DNA of 64,000 nucleotides, taken from Escherichia phage UB. The stretch is from sequence record MH383160; one strand, written 5' to 3'. The position numbers and the translations under genes were made by a program. The notes under the pieces are model-generated. The model worked only from the letters and a program-made list of their open reading frames with translations. It was not told the origin of the DNA and did not search any database. Below are positions 47,921 to 64,000 of the stretch, piece by piece. The stretch's first letter is position 1, and the number at the start of each line of letters is the position of its first letter.

Positions 47921-48233
47921 TCGGCTGAATTATATAATAAAGCCGTGAAAAGTTCTTCTGTCATTTCCAATTGATTTAATAAAAAATTAAAAGAATTTGC
48001 CTTATTTTTAATCCCAGTACTTTCAGCTTGGGCTGATGCAACTAATAAAACTTTAAACATATCATGTGAAACTTCATATACATATTTGGTATTTTTTCTA
48101 TCTTCAAACATGAATCTTCCGTTTTTAGATACTAATGTTACATCCTTGAAACTAAATTTTCCATCATCAGTTATCATCAAAATCTGTCCAAATAAAAAGC
48201 CCAGATATTCATCCGAGCTTTAATTATATTTTA

Positions 48234-48560
48234 TTAACGACCAAAGGTTAGCATTTTAGTTCGTGGATCTTCATCTGAAACTAAACTAACTGCGGCTGGA
48301 TAATCAACCAAGTTTAATTCAATACCATCAACTTCAATAGTTCTTGACCATCGACCATGATCAATTAAAATCCATTGACCTTCTTTAATATCAGTAATGT
48401 CTTCGCCTACAGAATAAACTTTTGCCCAGCGAGAACGAATACCTCTAATTTTACCGTCATCGTTTGTTAAAACGATACCACCTGCTGTTTTGCGTTCACC
48501 ATGTTCCAGTTCAGTTACCAGTACTTTACCTTTACATGCAGTCATTACTTTATTAGTCAT
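48234..48560 (-). CDS. GroES-like co-chaperonin, T4 gp31-like (108 aa)
   Basis: KTAGGIVLT mobile-loop signature and VGEDITDIKEG...ILID pattern. Confidence 0.6.
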   Translation of the reverse strand: MTNKVMTACKGKVLVTELEHGERKTAGGIVLTNDDGKIRGIRSRWAKVYSVGEDITDIKEGQWILIDHGRWSRTIEVDGIELNLVDYPAAVSLVSDEDPRTKMLTFGR

Positions 48561-48958
48561 TTAATATATTACTCCTGATCTTTGGTTCTAGCTCGACGTG
48601 GTGCTTTCTTCTCTTCAGAAACCTCAGCTTCTTGTTCTTCGGGCTTAACTTCAAAACTCTCATCATCCCATACTTCATCCGTACCATGTTCAGTACTATG
48701 AAGTTGATGTTCAGGGATATAATCAGGAATTTGCATTTCTCGTTCTTTTTCTTGTATCAACTCTTCACGAGTTTTAATAATTGTTCCACCGGAACCGATT
48801 TTATCACCACGTGCGTTTAGATTAGCATTACCCAATGCTACCTGATGTTGATTTTGGTACTTGAGCATATCCATGTCAATTGTTGTACCACGATAAGTTG
48901 TATGTTTAGACATATCAAAATCCTTTTATTGTATGTGTGATATAAGCCTACAATAAAC

Positions 48959-48988
48959 ATTATATCACATGTTTTTCTACCATTTCAA
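48959..48988 (-). promoter_or_regulatory. Sigma-70-type promoter (TTGAAA-N18-TATAAT, extended -10 TGTGATATAAT)
   Basis: Read on the minus strand upstream of 48569..48913. Confidence 0.45.
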
Positions 48989-49495
48989 AAATTCGTTAAC
49001 ATCAAGTTCGTACTTCAATGAATCTACCATATGTAGTCCAATCAAAAACAAACAGTATGATGCAACCGAGCTTCCACGACCTAGACCCCAAAAGATCTCA
49101 TTTTCTTCCATATAATCAACAAGCCATATCATACATCTTAGTAGCTTTGTCATATTATAATATTCATATAAATCAAGTTCATACTCAACACGTTTTCGTG
49201 CTTCATCGGATGTGCATTTTTGTAAGAAAAAGTCACGCAGATTTATATTGTCGTATACTGGATCATATCGCCACAGTTCATGATTTTTATCATGCTCAAT
49301 TGTATAATCCAGCATACGTTGTTCTAAGCCAAATTTTTTACAGTTATCATTGAATTTCAACCTTTCAGGTTCATCAATTTCCTGCAATTGTAAGTACTGG
49401 ATATCTGCACCGCAATTGATTGCATAAACAACTGCGTTAAGATTACATTTCACATCACCATTGGGACTTATAAATCTGTTTCCTTGTACTTTCAT
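48977..49495 (-). CDS. Small protein with a DnaE (Pol III alpha) palm-domain motif (172 aa)
   Basis: C-terminal RVEYELDLYEYYNMTKLL...WLVDYMEENEIFWGLGRGSSVASYCLFLIGLHMVDSLKYELDVNEFLKW parallels E. coli DnaE ...[35 protein letters not shown]. Confidence 0.5.
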   Translation of the reverse strand: MKVQGNRFISPNGDVKCNLNAVVYAINCGADIQYLQLQEIDEPERLKFNDNCKKFGLEQRMLDYTIEHDKNHELWRYDPVYDNINLRDFFLQKCTSDEARKRVEYELDLYEYYNMTKLLRCMIWLVDYMEENEIFWGLGRGSSVASYCLFLIGLHMVDSLKYELDVNEFLKW

Positions 49496-49767
49496 TTTTC
49501 TTCTTCTGGGCCTCTTCGTTGTCAGTTAGATATGAATCCATATCGAAGATACATGGGTCTTCTTCGTCATAAACAGTTTTTTCTTTTTGTCCTTGGCGAA
49601 GTTCTAGTTCAGCATAACATTGATTTAAGACAGTTTGCATATTACCAATAATCATGTCGCTTAGGCCAGCAGCACGAGCAGAAGTTAAACGCATTGACTG
49701 TTCATTAATTTTTAACTGTAGTTCTTTTTCCGTCATTCCAGACGGGTCAAAAAACGGATTAAACATA

Positions 49768-52188
49768 TTAACCTCCTATGTTATTGTTTTGCAATGTAAT
49801 CAAAAATGTATCTGAAACATAATTCACTGATTCATGCGAAAAGTATCCGAATTCAACCGATGTGATTTCGAACTCTACACCTACCATTGTACCATGTTCA
49901 TTGTTCTGAAGTAAAGTGTTGAAAAATGCTTCACCTTTGCCTGGTTGACAATATGCAACTGGAATGATAGGCATGAATTTTTTCTGTATACCATCTTCAA
50001 TGTATGGGTGATTCATAAATCTTGGGACCGTATCAAGCATTTCATCACTGATACTTGGTATCGCATCAACGTATAGACCACGATTTTGTAAATCGGTTGG
50101 GTCTTTTACTAAGTTGGTTGTGTCTTCACCAATAGCCTGAAAAATATTTTGTCGTAAACCAAATAATTCACCAAGCTGACCGTTGTCGATTTGAGTATAT
50201 TGACGTGGATTTTTGGATACAGATACTAAAGAACCTTCAGGTAAAACCTCTCTATATAATAGATCATATTGTAAGTTACCTTGATTGTCAAGTGCTGATA
50301 TTATTTTATAATTACCCATTACCATTTTAAATTTTCCATTTGGAATAGTAGTTCCATTTGGGTTAATTATACTATTTCTCAATACTTTCTTGATATCAGA
50401 AAGGTTAGTATATGGATACGTTTGACTTAGGAAGTTTTCTTTTAATAACATCTTCGGTATTTTCTGAAGACCATATCTATTGTCAGATTGTCGGAAAAAT
50501 AGTTGATTAGTGAATGATGAAGTACTTATACATTTAAACCATTCTCTCTCAAATGCAACCGAAGGTAATACATGTGCACTCAAATAATTCTGTCCGAATC
50601 CTCTTACAATCTTAAGGTTAAATATTTTTCTTGCTTCACCACCTTCAGTACTAAATGCTTTAACATAAAACGATAATTTAATATCATCATTTTCACTAAA
50701 ATCAATACTTTTGGCATATGCAGTTCCTACAAGATATCCATCTGGTGTCAAATCTATCCCATACTTTCTAATGTCATCACCACCATCTAAAACATACGAA
50801 ACTTGATTAGAGCTATCAGTTTCAATTTTAGGATATATACTGTCTCCAAAATATTCACCAACATGTATGGTTCCTAAATCACTATCAGTAATAAAGTTTA
50901 TATTATTACCTTCTTCTGCGTTTATCAAAACCCTGAACATTTTTTGCATACCAATGATATTATCACCAAGAGTAGAGTCATAATATCCTAAATCAATCCA
51001 ATCACTACTATCATAAACGGGCTTAATTGTTCCATTATCGTATTCACCACTAATTACGTATGGATACACAACATTATCTTTTAATTGATATAAATGATTG
51101 GGTAGTGGTTTTTCTGAAATAGAATATATAGTATCTATGTCTTCAGGACAAACCCACATTTGATATGCTTTATATCGTTGATTGATAGCAAACCTTTCAC
51201 TTTCTTCGGTGTATGTACTTAATATATCAACAATCTCAACTTTAAAATATGCATCACAAGCATCTGAGTCATATAAAAATGTTTGCAATAATTGCCCATT
51301 TGGGTTGAACACCATTCCAGTGTCAATTAAATTACCATTTCTATTTTGAATATTAACTTTTACTTCTTTGTTTATACCAGAAATAGGCCATGTTGATTGT
51401 GCTGGCTTGAATACTGCGAAATCATTCGTAATATGTTTATCTGGAACTTCAGAAATATCCATGTCAATCAAACGATATGCTGGAAAAAAGACACGAGGTG
51501 TAATATCAGTAGTCATGTCAGTACCCAAAATGAAAGGTCGTCTTCTTCCAAATCCTTGAACGAACAATGTACTGTTGGAGCCATACTCAACATCACCAAT
51601 ACAATAAAGCTTTTTGTCATCACCAATCTCAACGCCAGGTGTAACCCAAACTTCTTGACTATCATATGTTATTGATGTATCAGTTAATCCTAGAACACCA
51701 CTTGGTGAAATATTTCCAAAATACATAACATTTACTGCTTGTAAATAAAAATTTATAATTTCTGTATTATTATAGGTTCCATCATTTTTACAATGAATTT
51801 TTATAAAATAAACATCTTCACTATTAGTACTTGCAGATAAGTTAAATTCATTTTTGCTGATTTTACACTTATGCTTACCATTTACTAATTTATTACCAGT
51901 TGTACCATCTGAAATAGGAACAAAAGTATTTTCGTCATTACCAACATAAAAAGTATAATGTGGTTCTGGATCAAATACAGCACCTGAACTATCCAAGCAT
52001 TGTATGTTAAGAATCATTTCTAAGTATTCATCTTCATTTAATACATAGCTATCATCCGTTGTGCTTTCTTTATTGATACTCAAACGCACAAGAATGTCTT
52101 GTCCTTCTTGTATATATCGAGCATCGGCTTTTATATCCCATCGTGGGGTAAAAGTTGTCATTATAATTCTCCATAGCCAAGCTGCCAT
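49768..52188 (-). CDS. Large hypothetical protein (806 aa), beta-rich, Asn/Ser/Thr/Gly-rich
   Basis: Longest ORF in the window; no catalytic motif recognised. Confidence 0.6.
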   Translation of the reverse strand: MAAWLWRIIMTTFTPRWDIKADARYIQEGQDILVRLSINKESTTDDSYVLNEDEYLEMILNIQCLDSSGAVFDPEPHYTFYVGNDENTFVPISDGTTGNKLVNGKHKCKISKNEFNLSASTNSEDVYFIKIHCKNDGTYNNTEIINFYLQAVNVMYFGNISPSGVLGLTDTSITYDSQEVWVTPGVEIGDDKKLYCIGDVEYGSNSTLFVQGFGRRRPFILGTDMTTDITPRVFFPAYRLIDMDISEVPDKHITNDFAVFKPAQSTWPISGINKEVKVNIQNRNGNLIDTGMVFNPNGQLLQTFLYDSDACDAYFKVEIVDILSTYTEESERFAINQRYKAYQMWVCPEDIDTIYSISEKPLPNHLYQLKDNVVYPYVISGEYDNGTIKPVYDSSDWIDLGYYDSTLGDNIIGMQKMFRVLINAEEGNNINFITDSDLGTIHVGEYFGDSIYPKIETDSSNQVSYVLDGGDDIRKYGIDLTPDGYLVGTAYAKSIDFSENDDIKLSFYVKAFSTEGGEARKIFNLKIVRGFGQNYLSAHVLPSVAFEREWFKCISTSSFTNQLFFRQSDNRYGLQKIPKMLLKENFLSQTYPYTNLSDIKKVLRNSIINPNGTTIPNGKFKMVMGNYKIISALDNQGNLQYDLLYREVLPEGSLVSVSKNPRQYTQIDNGQLGELFGLRQNIFQAIGEDTTNLVKDPTDLQNRGLYVDAIPSISDEMLDTVPRFMNHPYIEDGIQKKFMPIIPVAYCQPGKGEAFFNTLLQNNEHGTMVGVEFEITSVEFGYFSHESVNYVSDTFLITLQNNNIGG

Positions 52189-52248
52189 TATCTATAGATT
52201 ATTTATATAAAGGACAAGGAAGACCCATAAGGTCTTCCATTAAATATA

Positions 52249-53661
52249 TCAATTGTCTGATTTAGGAGTAAAGTCAATCTTTCTTAGTTCTTTTAGTTCA
52301 GATTTATAAATGTCCCAAATTAAGTCATGATTAGATAACAGTTCGTTGTACTTATCCATCAAATCAAGATTATCTTGAATATCTTGTAGTACTGATTGAT
52401 AATTATCTTGCGTCCAGCGATATGAAGGGAAGTTTACAATGCTTTGAATATTCTCTTCCGTTGCTTCAATTTCGGTATTTAACGATTTAACGAATTCAAC
52501 CATTTCAGCACGGTTTGCAAATCCTTTTACCTTAGCAATCATATCATTATCGAAACATTCTTTAATTAGAATTTTATAACGAACTTCAGCAGCACAATCA
52601 TCAAGTTTCTTTTCATAACGCTTGATGTAATATTTGAAACGGAAATCAACGAAGTCTTTAATCAAATCCATCGTAGTATCGTAAACTTTCACTTTGCCAT
52701 TTTCACCTAGAACAGTTAAATGTTGAGTCATTTTTTTGTTAATGCCAAAATACTCAATAACATCCATCTCTGTCCATTTAGCTGACGTTCCACGTGGAAG
52801 TTTAATGGTAATATCAATTACATCAGTACTATCATTGTCATAATCACGAATCTCACCATCATCACTCATTTTGATTAGTTTTTCAATGAATTTCTCAATA
52901 CTGTAATTGGGTGGTAAGCCTGTTACTTTAACAGTACTTGCATCAATAACCTCAGCTTTACCATAGAATTCATACTTATTTTCATCAAGCTTAGTCACAA
53001 CATCACTTGCACCACATGAAACATAATATGGGGTCATTTCTTTTAGTGGTTTTTTATCAATAGCACGAATGCAATTATCAATAATATCTTCAATTTTATG
53101 CGGTAGAATTGTACTCTTATAACCAACTGACATACTATCATTACCAAACAATGATAATGGAATAATAGGCAAGAAATGAACAGGTTCATATGTTGTACCG
53201 TCATAGTTCTCTTTCATTGGTATAATATCAGCATCACGCAAAACAAGCATCTCAGTACTTTTATTCTTTTTAACATAGGTATAACGAGCAGATGCCGGAG
53301 TACTGTTTACTTGTGTACCAAAACCACCACGCTTACCAATAAGAGGGTAGTTGTTAGCTACTGGCGATGCTAAGTTTTGAAGTGTTCCTGATGCAGAAGT
53401 GTCACCATGTAGATAGATACCATCACTAATCATTTTACCAGCACATGATACTGTTTTGATTTCACCACTAACTTTAGATAGCGTGAAGATTGCTTTACGT
53501 TGCGAACTCTTAAGACCATCAATTCCTGGGATTGCACGATCCAGTGTGTACATTGAATATTCTAGTGATGTGGTATTCACATAATCAGAACTGTTATAGT
53601 CTAGTAGAGTTAGTGTTTGGTTATCGATATTTTGATTTTCAGTTTTTTTACTTTTAGCCAT
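52249..53661 (-). CDS. DNA topoisomerase II medium subunit, T4 gp52-like (GyrA-like, 470 aa)
   Basis: N-terminal YSMYTLDRAIPGIDGLKSSQRKAIF matches the GyrA/ParC N-terminus; directly downstream of the large subunit. Confidence 0.75.
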   Translation of the reverse strand: MAKSKKTENQNIDNQTLTLLDYNSSDYVNTTSLEYSMYTLDRAIPGIDGLKSSQRKAIFTLSKVSGEIKTVSCAGKMISDGIYLHGDTSASGTLQNLASPVANNYPLIGKRGGFGTQVNSTPASARYTYVKKNKSTEMLVLRDADIIPMKENYDGTTYEPVHFLPIIPLSLFGNDSMSVGYKSTILPHKIEDIIDNCIRAIDKKPLKEMTPYYVSCGASDVVTKLDENKYEFYGKAEVIDASTVKVTGLPPNYSIEKFIEKLIKMSDDGEIRDYDNDSTDVIDITIKLPRGTSAKWTEMDVIEYFGINKKMTQHLTVLGENGKVKVYDTTMDLIKDFVDFRFKYYIKRYEKKLDDCAAEVRYKILIKECFDNDMIAKVKGFANRAEMVEFVKSLNTEIEATEENIQSIVNFPSYRWTQDNYQSVLQDIQDNLDLMDKYNELLSNHDLIWDIYKSELKELRKIDFTPKSDN

Positions 53662-53711
53662 TCCATTGTCTCTTTATAAAAGGGGAACACCATGTCCCCC
53701 ATTAGTCTATA

Positions 53712-55676
53712 TTATTCCATCCAGTTCTTACGATCATCTGCACGCTTCTTGTTGAAAATCAAATCAAGAGTTTCTCCAAGACGTCCATCATCGGTAATCG
53801 CTACTGCAACACTATTAGTGAATGCATCACGGAAGTTTGCTTTTTCTAAAGTACCCAAACCTTTTGCACGCGTTGCTTTCCAACCTTTCCAATCATCTGG
53901 ATTATATTCATGTACGTTATGACCATAGAAGTATTTTGTTTCTTTACCTTTCTCAAGAATGATGAATGGTGTTTTGAATACATATACAAATGGATTTTCA
54001 GGGTCTTGAAATAATTCAGGCCAAAATTTAAATAGGAAGTTGCATACTAAAGCACCAATGTTCTTCCCATCCTCATCTTCATCAGCACAGATATAAAGCT
54101 TGCCATAATTTAAGTCGGCACGTTCTGCTTTAACACCTGGAACTAAGTTGATACTAGCCATTATATCATGTAGTGCCATTGAATCCATTAGTTCTTTGGT
54201 CTTTTCAGTACCACTGACGTTCATAATCTTACCACGTAATGGTAGAATACCATGAATACTAGGTATACGAGCACTAGCCATGTTGGAAATTGCAGAGTCA
54301 CCTTCTGCTATCAAAAGAATACATTGTGAGCGGTCAGTACCAGTACTATCAAGTAGCTTTGCAACTTTACCTTTCAGTAGTTTCTTAGCGAGGCGACGGT
54401 CTTCTTCTGCATCTTTCTTATTGGTACGTGCAGCACAACGTTCAAATATTTCATCAACCCATTCTTTGTTTTTCTTAACTAATTCATCAAACCATTCTGT
54501 ATTCATTGCTTGTTGAATTGGTCGAATTACGTTTTCATTAGTTAGTTTAGATTTAATCTGTGAGTTGAATGAAGGTGCTTTCATAGTTGTGACATTGTAA
54601 ATCAACAAACCTTCTTCAATATCAGAACGATTAGGTTTCATCCTACGTTTCTTCGATTCTTTCTCCAATGCAGTTCCTACACCCAATGAAAAGAATTTCT
54701 TGAAGGTGTCAAGATGTGTACCACCATCAAATGCAGGAGCATTATTAACCAATCCATGCATATGGAAGTTTGTATTCATTCCAGATACTGCATTTGGAAC
54801 AATATAAAAAGTACTGTTAAAATTGAAAGAATCATCTTTAACATTCAACTGCATCAATTTAGATGCATTGAACAATGCTTTCTCGGTGTTACCTTTAATA
54901 ACAATACGTTTACCATTCAAAAATATTTTATAAGTTGGGTTGGCGGCTGCCATTTCTTTAAGAATACTGTAAAGTAATTCAGTAGGTAATTTTCTATTTG
55001 GAAAAACTTCTTTACTCAATGTAAAACGAATTGTTGTTCCAGTCTTATCTGTTTGTACCTTTCGAATGGTAGGCTCATGTACATGAAGTTCAGGGAACAT
55101 AATAGTTCCTTCCTCAAACTTCTGATTGAACTTATAAAACCCATCATAACCATCATTACTGCTTTGTGTTTTATATGGACGACCTTGGCGATGAATTTCC
55201 AATTCTGCCTTAGAACTAACAATCATCGCAACTGAACCACCCAATCCATTCTGACCAATAGTTTCATCACGTTTTGAATCATCAAAGTTTCGACCAGTTT
55301 TTGTTTCGGTCATTACCATAGTACATAGGTTTTTTTGATACTCTGGTACATAATCAATTGGAATACCACGACCATTATCACTAATCTCAAATGATAGTTC
55401 TTCTTCATTGAAATCAACTTTCAATACAGGTTCTTTAGTTCCAGCTTTTTTAAATTCATCTAAGCTGTTATCAATAATTTCACGTGTAGCAGTAAGAATT
55501 GCAGGAACCCATTCTACGTTCTTAACCTCATATCCTGATTCGCCAAAAATCAGTACTTGACTTTCATGTACTGAACGAGAACCAAGGTACATCTCTGTAC
55601 GCAAACGAGCATGTTGATAATCATTAAGTCGTTGAACATCATGTTCCTGTAGAACAGCACTTTCTTTCTTAGCCAT
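53712..55676 (-). CDS. DNA topoisomerase II large subunit, fused T2/T6-type gp39 (GyrB-like ATPase plus Toprim, 654 aa)
   Basis: ATPase motifs IIDNSLDEF and SDNGRGIP; Toprim ILLIAEGDSA; single uninterrupted ORF. Confidence 0.85.
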   Translation of the reverse strand: MAKKESAVLQEHDVQRLNDYQHARLRTEMYLGSRSVHESQVLIFGESGYEVKNVEWVPAILTATREIIDNSLDEFKKAGTKEPVLKVDFNEEELSFEISDNGRGIPIDYVPEYQKNLCTMVMTETKTGRNFDDSKRDETIGQNGLGGSVAMIVSSKAELEIHRQGRPYKTQSSNDGYDGFYKFNQKFEEGTIMFPELHVHEPTIRKVQTDKTGTTIRFTLSKEVFPNRKLPTELLYSILKEMAAANPTYKIFLNGKRIVIKGNTEKALFNASKLMQLNVKDDSFNFNSTFYIVPNAVSGMNTNFHMHGLVNNAPAFDGGTHLDTFKKFFSLGVGTALEKESKKRRMKPNRSDIEEGLLIYNVTTMKAPSFNSQIKSKLTNENVIRPIQQAMNTEWFDELVKKNKEWVDEIFERCAARTNKKDAEEDRRLAKKLLKGKVAKLLDSTGTDRSQCILLIAEGDSAISNMASARIPSIHGILPLRGKIMNVSGTEKTKELMDSMALHDIMASINLVPGVKAERADLNYGKLYICADEDEDGKNIGALVCNFLFKFWPELFQDPENPFVYVFKTPFIILEKGKETKYFYGHNVHEYNPDDWKGWKATRAKGLGTLEKANFRDAFTNSVAVAITDDGRLGETLDLIFNKKRADDRKNWME

Positions 55677-55737
55677 TTGAATTCCTTATCATGTCTCTTT
55701 GTCATAAAACATTGTATCACCAATGTTGTTTCTGTCT

Positions 55738-55780
55738 CAAAAAAAATATCGGGACAATATGCCCCGATATATTTTTATTT
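55738..55780. terminator. Bidirectional-looking intrinsic terminator
   Basis: A9 run, hairpin ATATCGGG-(9 nt)-CCCGATAT, then ATTTTTATTTT. Confidence 0.5.
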
Positions 55781-56565
55781 TACTAACATAAGTTGTAGTT
55801 CAGCACTTGGACTTGATTCATCATCACTCCAGTACTTATGAACCTTATCTGGACTCGCCTTTGCAAGTACTTCACCACCACCAACAATATAAACTTGATG
55901 GGAACCAATTAAACGGGTCCAGAATTTAATTGCATCATCAGTATGCAGACTATCACTCAGAACTTTAATACCATGTGATACCATATCCATAAAGATATTA
56001 TAAATTATACCTTTAGTTCCAGTTTTAGAAGCAGTTGCGGCAATTTCAAAAACGTTTTGAACACCAAGTACTGCATCATTGGATAAATGCCCACTAACTA
56101 TAGCAAGCTGTTTACCAGACTTATCGTAAGCGATAAATCCAGTACCGTTTTTGTTCATATATACATCATAGTCTTTATGTTCTGCGAACTTAACCATGTT
56201 GTGCTTACCTGTCATTTCGGCAGTTTTATCGACAAACTCGTCTCGGTCTTGACCTTGAAAACTATCGAAACGTTGTGGCATTTCATCCAACTTATCTTTG
56301 TCGTCTTCACATGAATCCATTATATCACAAGTTCTGTCGTCTGTATCAGCTAATTCTGCATCTTGTACAATATCGACTAAACTACGCATACTTGCTTCTT
56401 TTACTTTATTAGGAAGTTTAGAACTTTTTTTAAGATTTCCTTCCTTTTCATCAGCGGCATTCCATTCTTTAGCAGCACTTTGCGAAATTCCAGCTTTCTT
56501 TGCAAATTCTGGATTGTGTGCGGCGGCTGCGAAGAATTTAGCCTGACTTTTACTCTTACTTGGCA

Positions 56566-56566
<1 letters not shown>
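55775..56566 (-). CDS. Hypothetical protein with DUF3008-like N-terminus (263 aa)
   Basis: N-terminus MPSKSKSQAKFFAAAAHNPEFAKKAG resembles the MPxKSKxQ motif family; remainder unassigned. Confidence 0.4.
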
Positions 56567-59806
<3,240 letters not shown>

Positions 59807-60093
59807 GTAATAAAAGCTCCAATATGATTTTAATGTTTTGTTCGATAGTAATTATAGGATAGAACATTAGTTCTGTCAAGCACTATCATTGTGTTTTTTA
59901 ATTGCTTCACAGATTGCTTGAACTTGAACAAGATAAGTTTTTGCAAATTCTGCTTGGGTTCGCACACGGGGGTTCGGTGCGTCTTTGATCATAAGTTCTA
60001 GGTCATAAACTACCTTATCAAAAACTCCCTTGTCTTCAATAATACGATCATAAAATGTTTTGTCAGTCATGTCAAGAACTCCATGTTATAAAA

Positions 60094-60684
60094 TTATAAT
60101 TTAACGTAAGATACTACAGATGCATCAGAAACAGAAGGAACATTAAGATACACGTTCTCATACTCAATAAAATCAACAGTACTCGTAGTAAGAGCATTCT
60201 TGATACGTTGTATGGTTTTTTGTACAGTAATTTCTTCATTTTCTAGTGCATTAGTGCCATTACCTTTCAATGAATCATTGATTAGTGTTTGGATAATCTC
60301 AGCAGCTTTTGCTGTTTTCATATCTTCAGTAGTTAGTGCTGCTTGTTCTGCAACACTCAAAGTACTAAGAAAAGGTTGATAACTAATATATCCAACGGTG
60401 ATTGTTGCACCAGTGGGAATCGTTTTTGCAGTTCCTGGTGTAGCAAATTCAACATTGCTATAAACTGGTACTGAATAAGTTGAAAGCAAACGAGAAAGTT
60501 GTAGGTAACGCAAAAGTGCAATTGACTTATCAATAGTTTGCTGGTCAGTCGGTGCGGTTGTTGGGGAAGATGAATCATAATCACCATACATATAATATGG
60601 GATATTATCTAGGTTCGTCCCTGCAACTTCAATTTTAAATACTTGTAGTAAATTGTTCATTGTATATTCTTCTCCATAATACAA
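60094..60684 (-). CDS. Hypothetical protein (196 aa)
   Basis: ORF; no recognisable motif. Confidence 0.5.
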   Translation of the reverse strand: MYYGEEYTMNNLLQVFKIEVAGTNLDNIPYYMYGDYDSSSPTTAPTDQQTIDKSIALLRYLQLSRLLSTYSVPVYSNVEFATPGTAKTIPTGATITVGYISYQPFLSTLSVAEQAALTTEDMKTAKAAEIIQTLINDSLKGNGTNALENEEITVQKTIQRIKNALTTSTVDFIEYENVYLNVPSVSDASVVSYVKL

Positions 60685-60743
60685 AACACTTTTGATTATT
60701 TATTATTAAAAATCAAAAATATTTACGTATAACATTTAGTCTT

Positions 60744-62087
60744 TTAGAATCGTGCATTTTGTCTCAACATAACACTATAACGTGGACGTGTCATGGCAGT
60801 GTATAAAATTCTACACTTAGTATCATTTGTACCAATACGTTCAATAAAATCAGTATCAAACCAAATGTTATCAAAAGTACTTCCTTGCGATTTATGAACA
60901 GTTGTTGCGTAAGGATAATTGATAATATGCAATTTATTCTTTATTACATAGTAATCCTGCCACATATATGGTTTCTTTGTCAATGGATTTATTTCTTTTT
61001 TCTCAATATCCTTAACAAGTTTATCTAGTTTTTCGTCCATTGCAATTCTTGTTTCTGGTCCTACGCCTAAAATATAACTACCATTAGGTAAACGGAATTG
61101 CCAACAATCAATCCCCATAAAACTTTCACGTTTCACTTCAGGACATTGTATAATTTGTTGTACTACATATGGACTATTCTCAGTTATGCTTTCAAAAACA
61201 ATTGGTTCACCTTTAGTAAATTCATCTGGTACTTCAAATAGTTGACTTCTAATGTAAATATTAGCCAAATTAACTCTATAGTTAGTATATGCTAAGATTT
61301 TATTTTCATTTACGAAATCAAATATTTTTTTAGATGAACCCTTGTTTTCCATAATAAATTCACGATAAACATCTAAAAATAAATCTTCATCATCAATAGG
61401 TGTAATAGTGCTTAAACCATATGTCTGATGCATAATATCAAATGGATTTTTACTAGTTCCAATACACTCTCGAATAGCAGTTGCAACTGCCAAAATCGGA
61501 TTATCCAATGCTTGACGTAAAACCTCAGTTAACTCATATTGAACAGGTACATCAAACGTAGGAGACAATTTAGTCTCTCCCATTGTACCTTCGGACTCAA
61601 CTGGGGGCAATTGACAACGATCACCAATGAATAAAACTGCTCGACGGACACGCCACAATTGATCCTGAATATGTTGGAATAATTCTTCTGAAATCATACT
61701 ACACTCATCAACAATAAGAATGTCAACGTTAGTATTACTAACTTTACTTTGGGGATCATGTTTCAGTACTTGACGATTCTTTTCATATACTAATTTTAGT
61801 CCTAAAAAAGAGTGTATTGTACTAACTTGTGCATCTTCCTTAGTAAGACCAGCATTATTGATTAGCATATTACGAATAACAGCATTGGCTTTATGTGTAG
61901 GTGAAGTTACTGCAATATTATAGTTTTTACATAGTGCTTTTACAATCTCAGCAGTAGTGAATGTTTTTCCAGTTCCTGCTGGGGCAGACAAAACCGAAAT
62001 GGTCTTACCTGCATAGTTGTAAACACGATCTATAAAATCATCAAAGATTTCTTGTTGCTTATCCGTAAGCTTAATTTTACTCATCAT
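60744..62087 (-). CDS. dda: Dda-like SF1B DNA helicase (RecD-like, 447 aa)
   Basis: Walker A SAPAGTGKTF; Walker B ILIVDECSM; C-terminal YATTVHKSQGSTFDNIW; size as T4 Dda. Confidence 0.85.
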   Translation of the reverse strand: MMSKIKLTDKQQEIFDDFIDRVYNYAGKTISVLSAPAGTGKTFTTAEIVKALCKNYNIAVTSPTHKANAVIRNMLINNAGLTKEDAQVSTIHSFLGLKLVYEKNRQVLKHDPQSKVSNTNVDILIVDECSMISEELFQHIQDQLWRVRRAVLFIGDRCQLPPVESEGTMGETKLSPTFDVPVQYELTEVLRQALDNPILAVATAIRECIGTSKNPFDIMHQTYGLSTITPIDDEDLFLDVYREFIMENKGSSKKIFDFVNENKILAYTNYRVNLANIYIRSQLFEVPDEFTKGEPIVFESITENSPYVVQQIIQCPEVKRESFMGIDCWQFRLPNGSYILGVGPETRIAMDEKLDKLVKDIEKKEINPLTKKPYMWQDYYVIKNKLHIINYPYATTVHKSQGSTFDNIWFDTDFIERIGTNDTKCRILYTAMTRPRYSVMLRQNARF

Positions 62088-62114
62088 TCCCTCGACTGAT
62101 TTTTACATTTCAAG

Positions 62115-63417
<1,303 letters not shown>

Positions 63418-63502
63418 AATACTTCTTTCTCCATATAAACTATGTAAAACGTAAAATTGGGTAAATACTTTATAAAAATAACAATAAGATTGGAGATTAA
63501 CA

Positions 63503-64000
<498 letters not shown>

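Overview
The window reads as the early/replication region of a large, AT-rich virulent phage of the T4-like type. It is densely packed, and almost all genes are on the minus strand. Recognisable products include topoisomerase II large and medium subunits, a clamp-loader ATPase, Dda helicase, RNase HI, dihydrofolate reductase, a DexA-like exonuclease, a GroES-like co-chaperonin, an HAD nucleotidase, a C5 cytosine methyltransferase, a sigma-70-family sigma factor, two HNH endonucleases, and a cluster of six tRNAs. The regulatory layer is made up of many near-consensus sigma-70 promoters and intrinsic terminators. The most unusual content is (i) about 15 small paralogous genes in two tandem arrays that share only a C-terminal EExFFQxS...D.GG.T.E.L motif, (ii) a translation initiation factor IF3 homologue, (iii) a 172-aa protein carrying the DnaE palm-domain motif, (iv) a NADAR-like protein, (v) an ORF-free, GC-richer 0.6-kb segment with its own promoter and terminator, and (vi) a second small-protein family (MTHEEWM) amplified by segmental duplication among the tRNAs. 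All calls come from reading the sequence and ORF translations by eye; no database search or folding was run.
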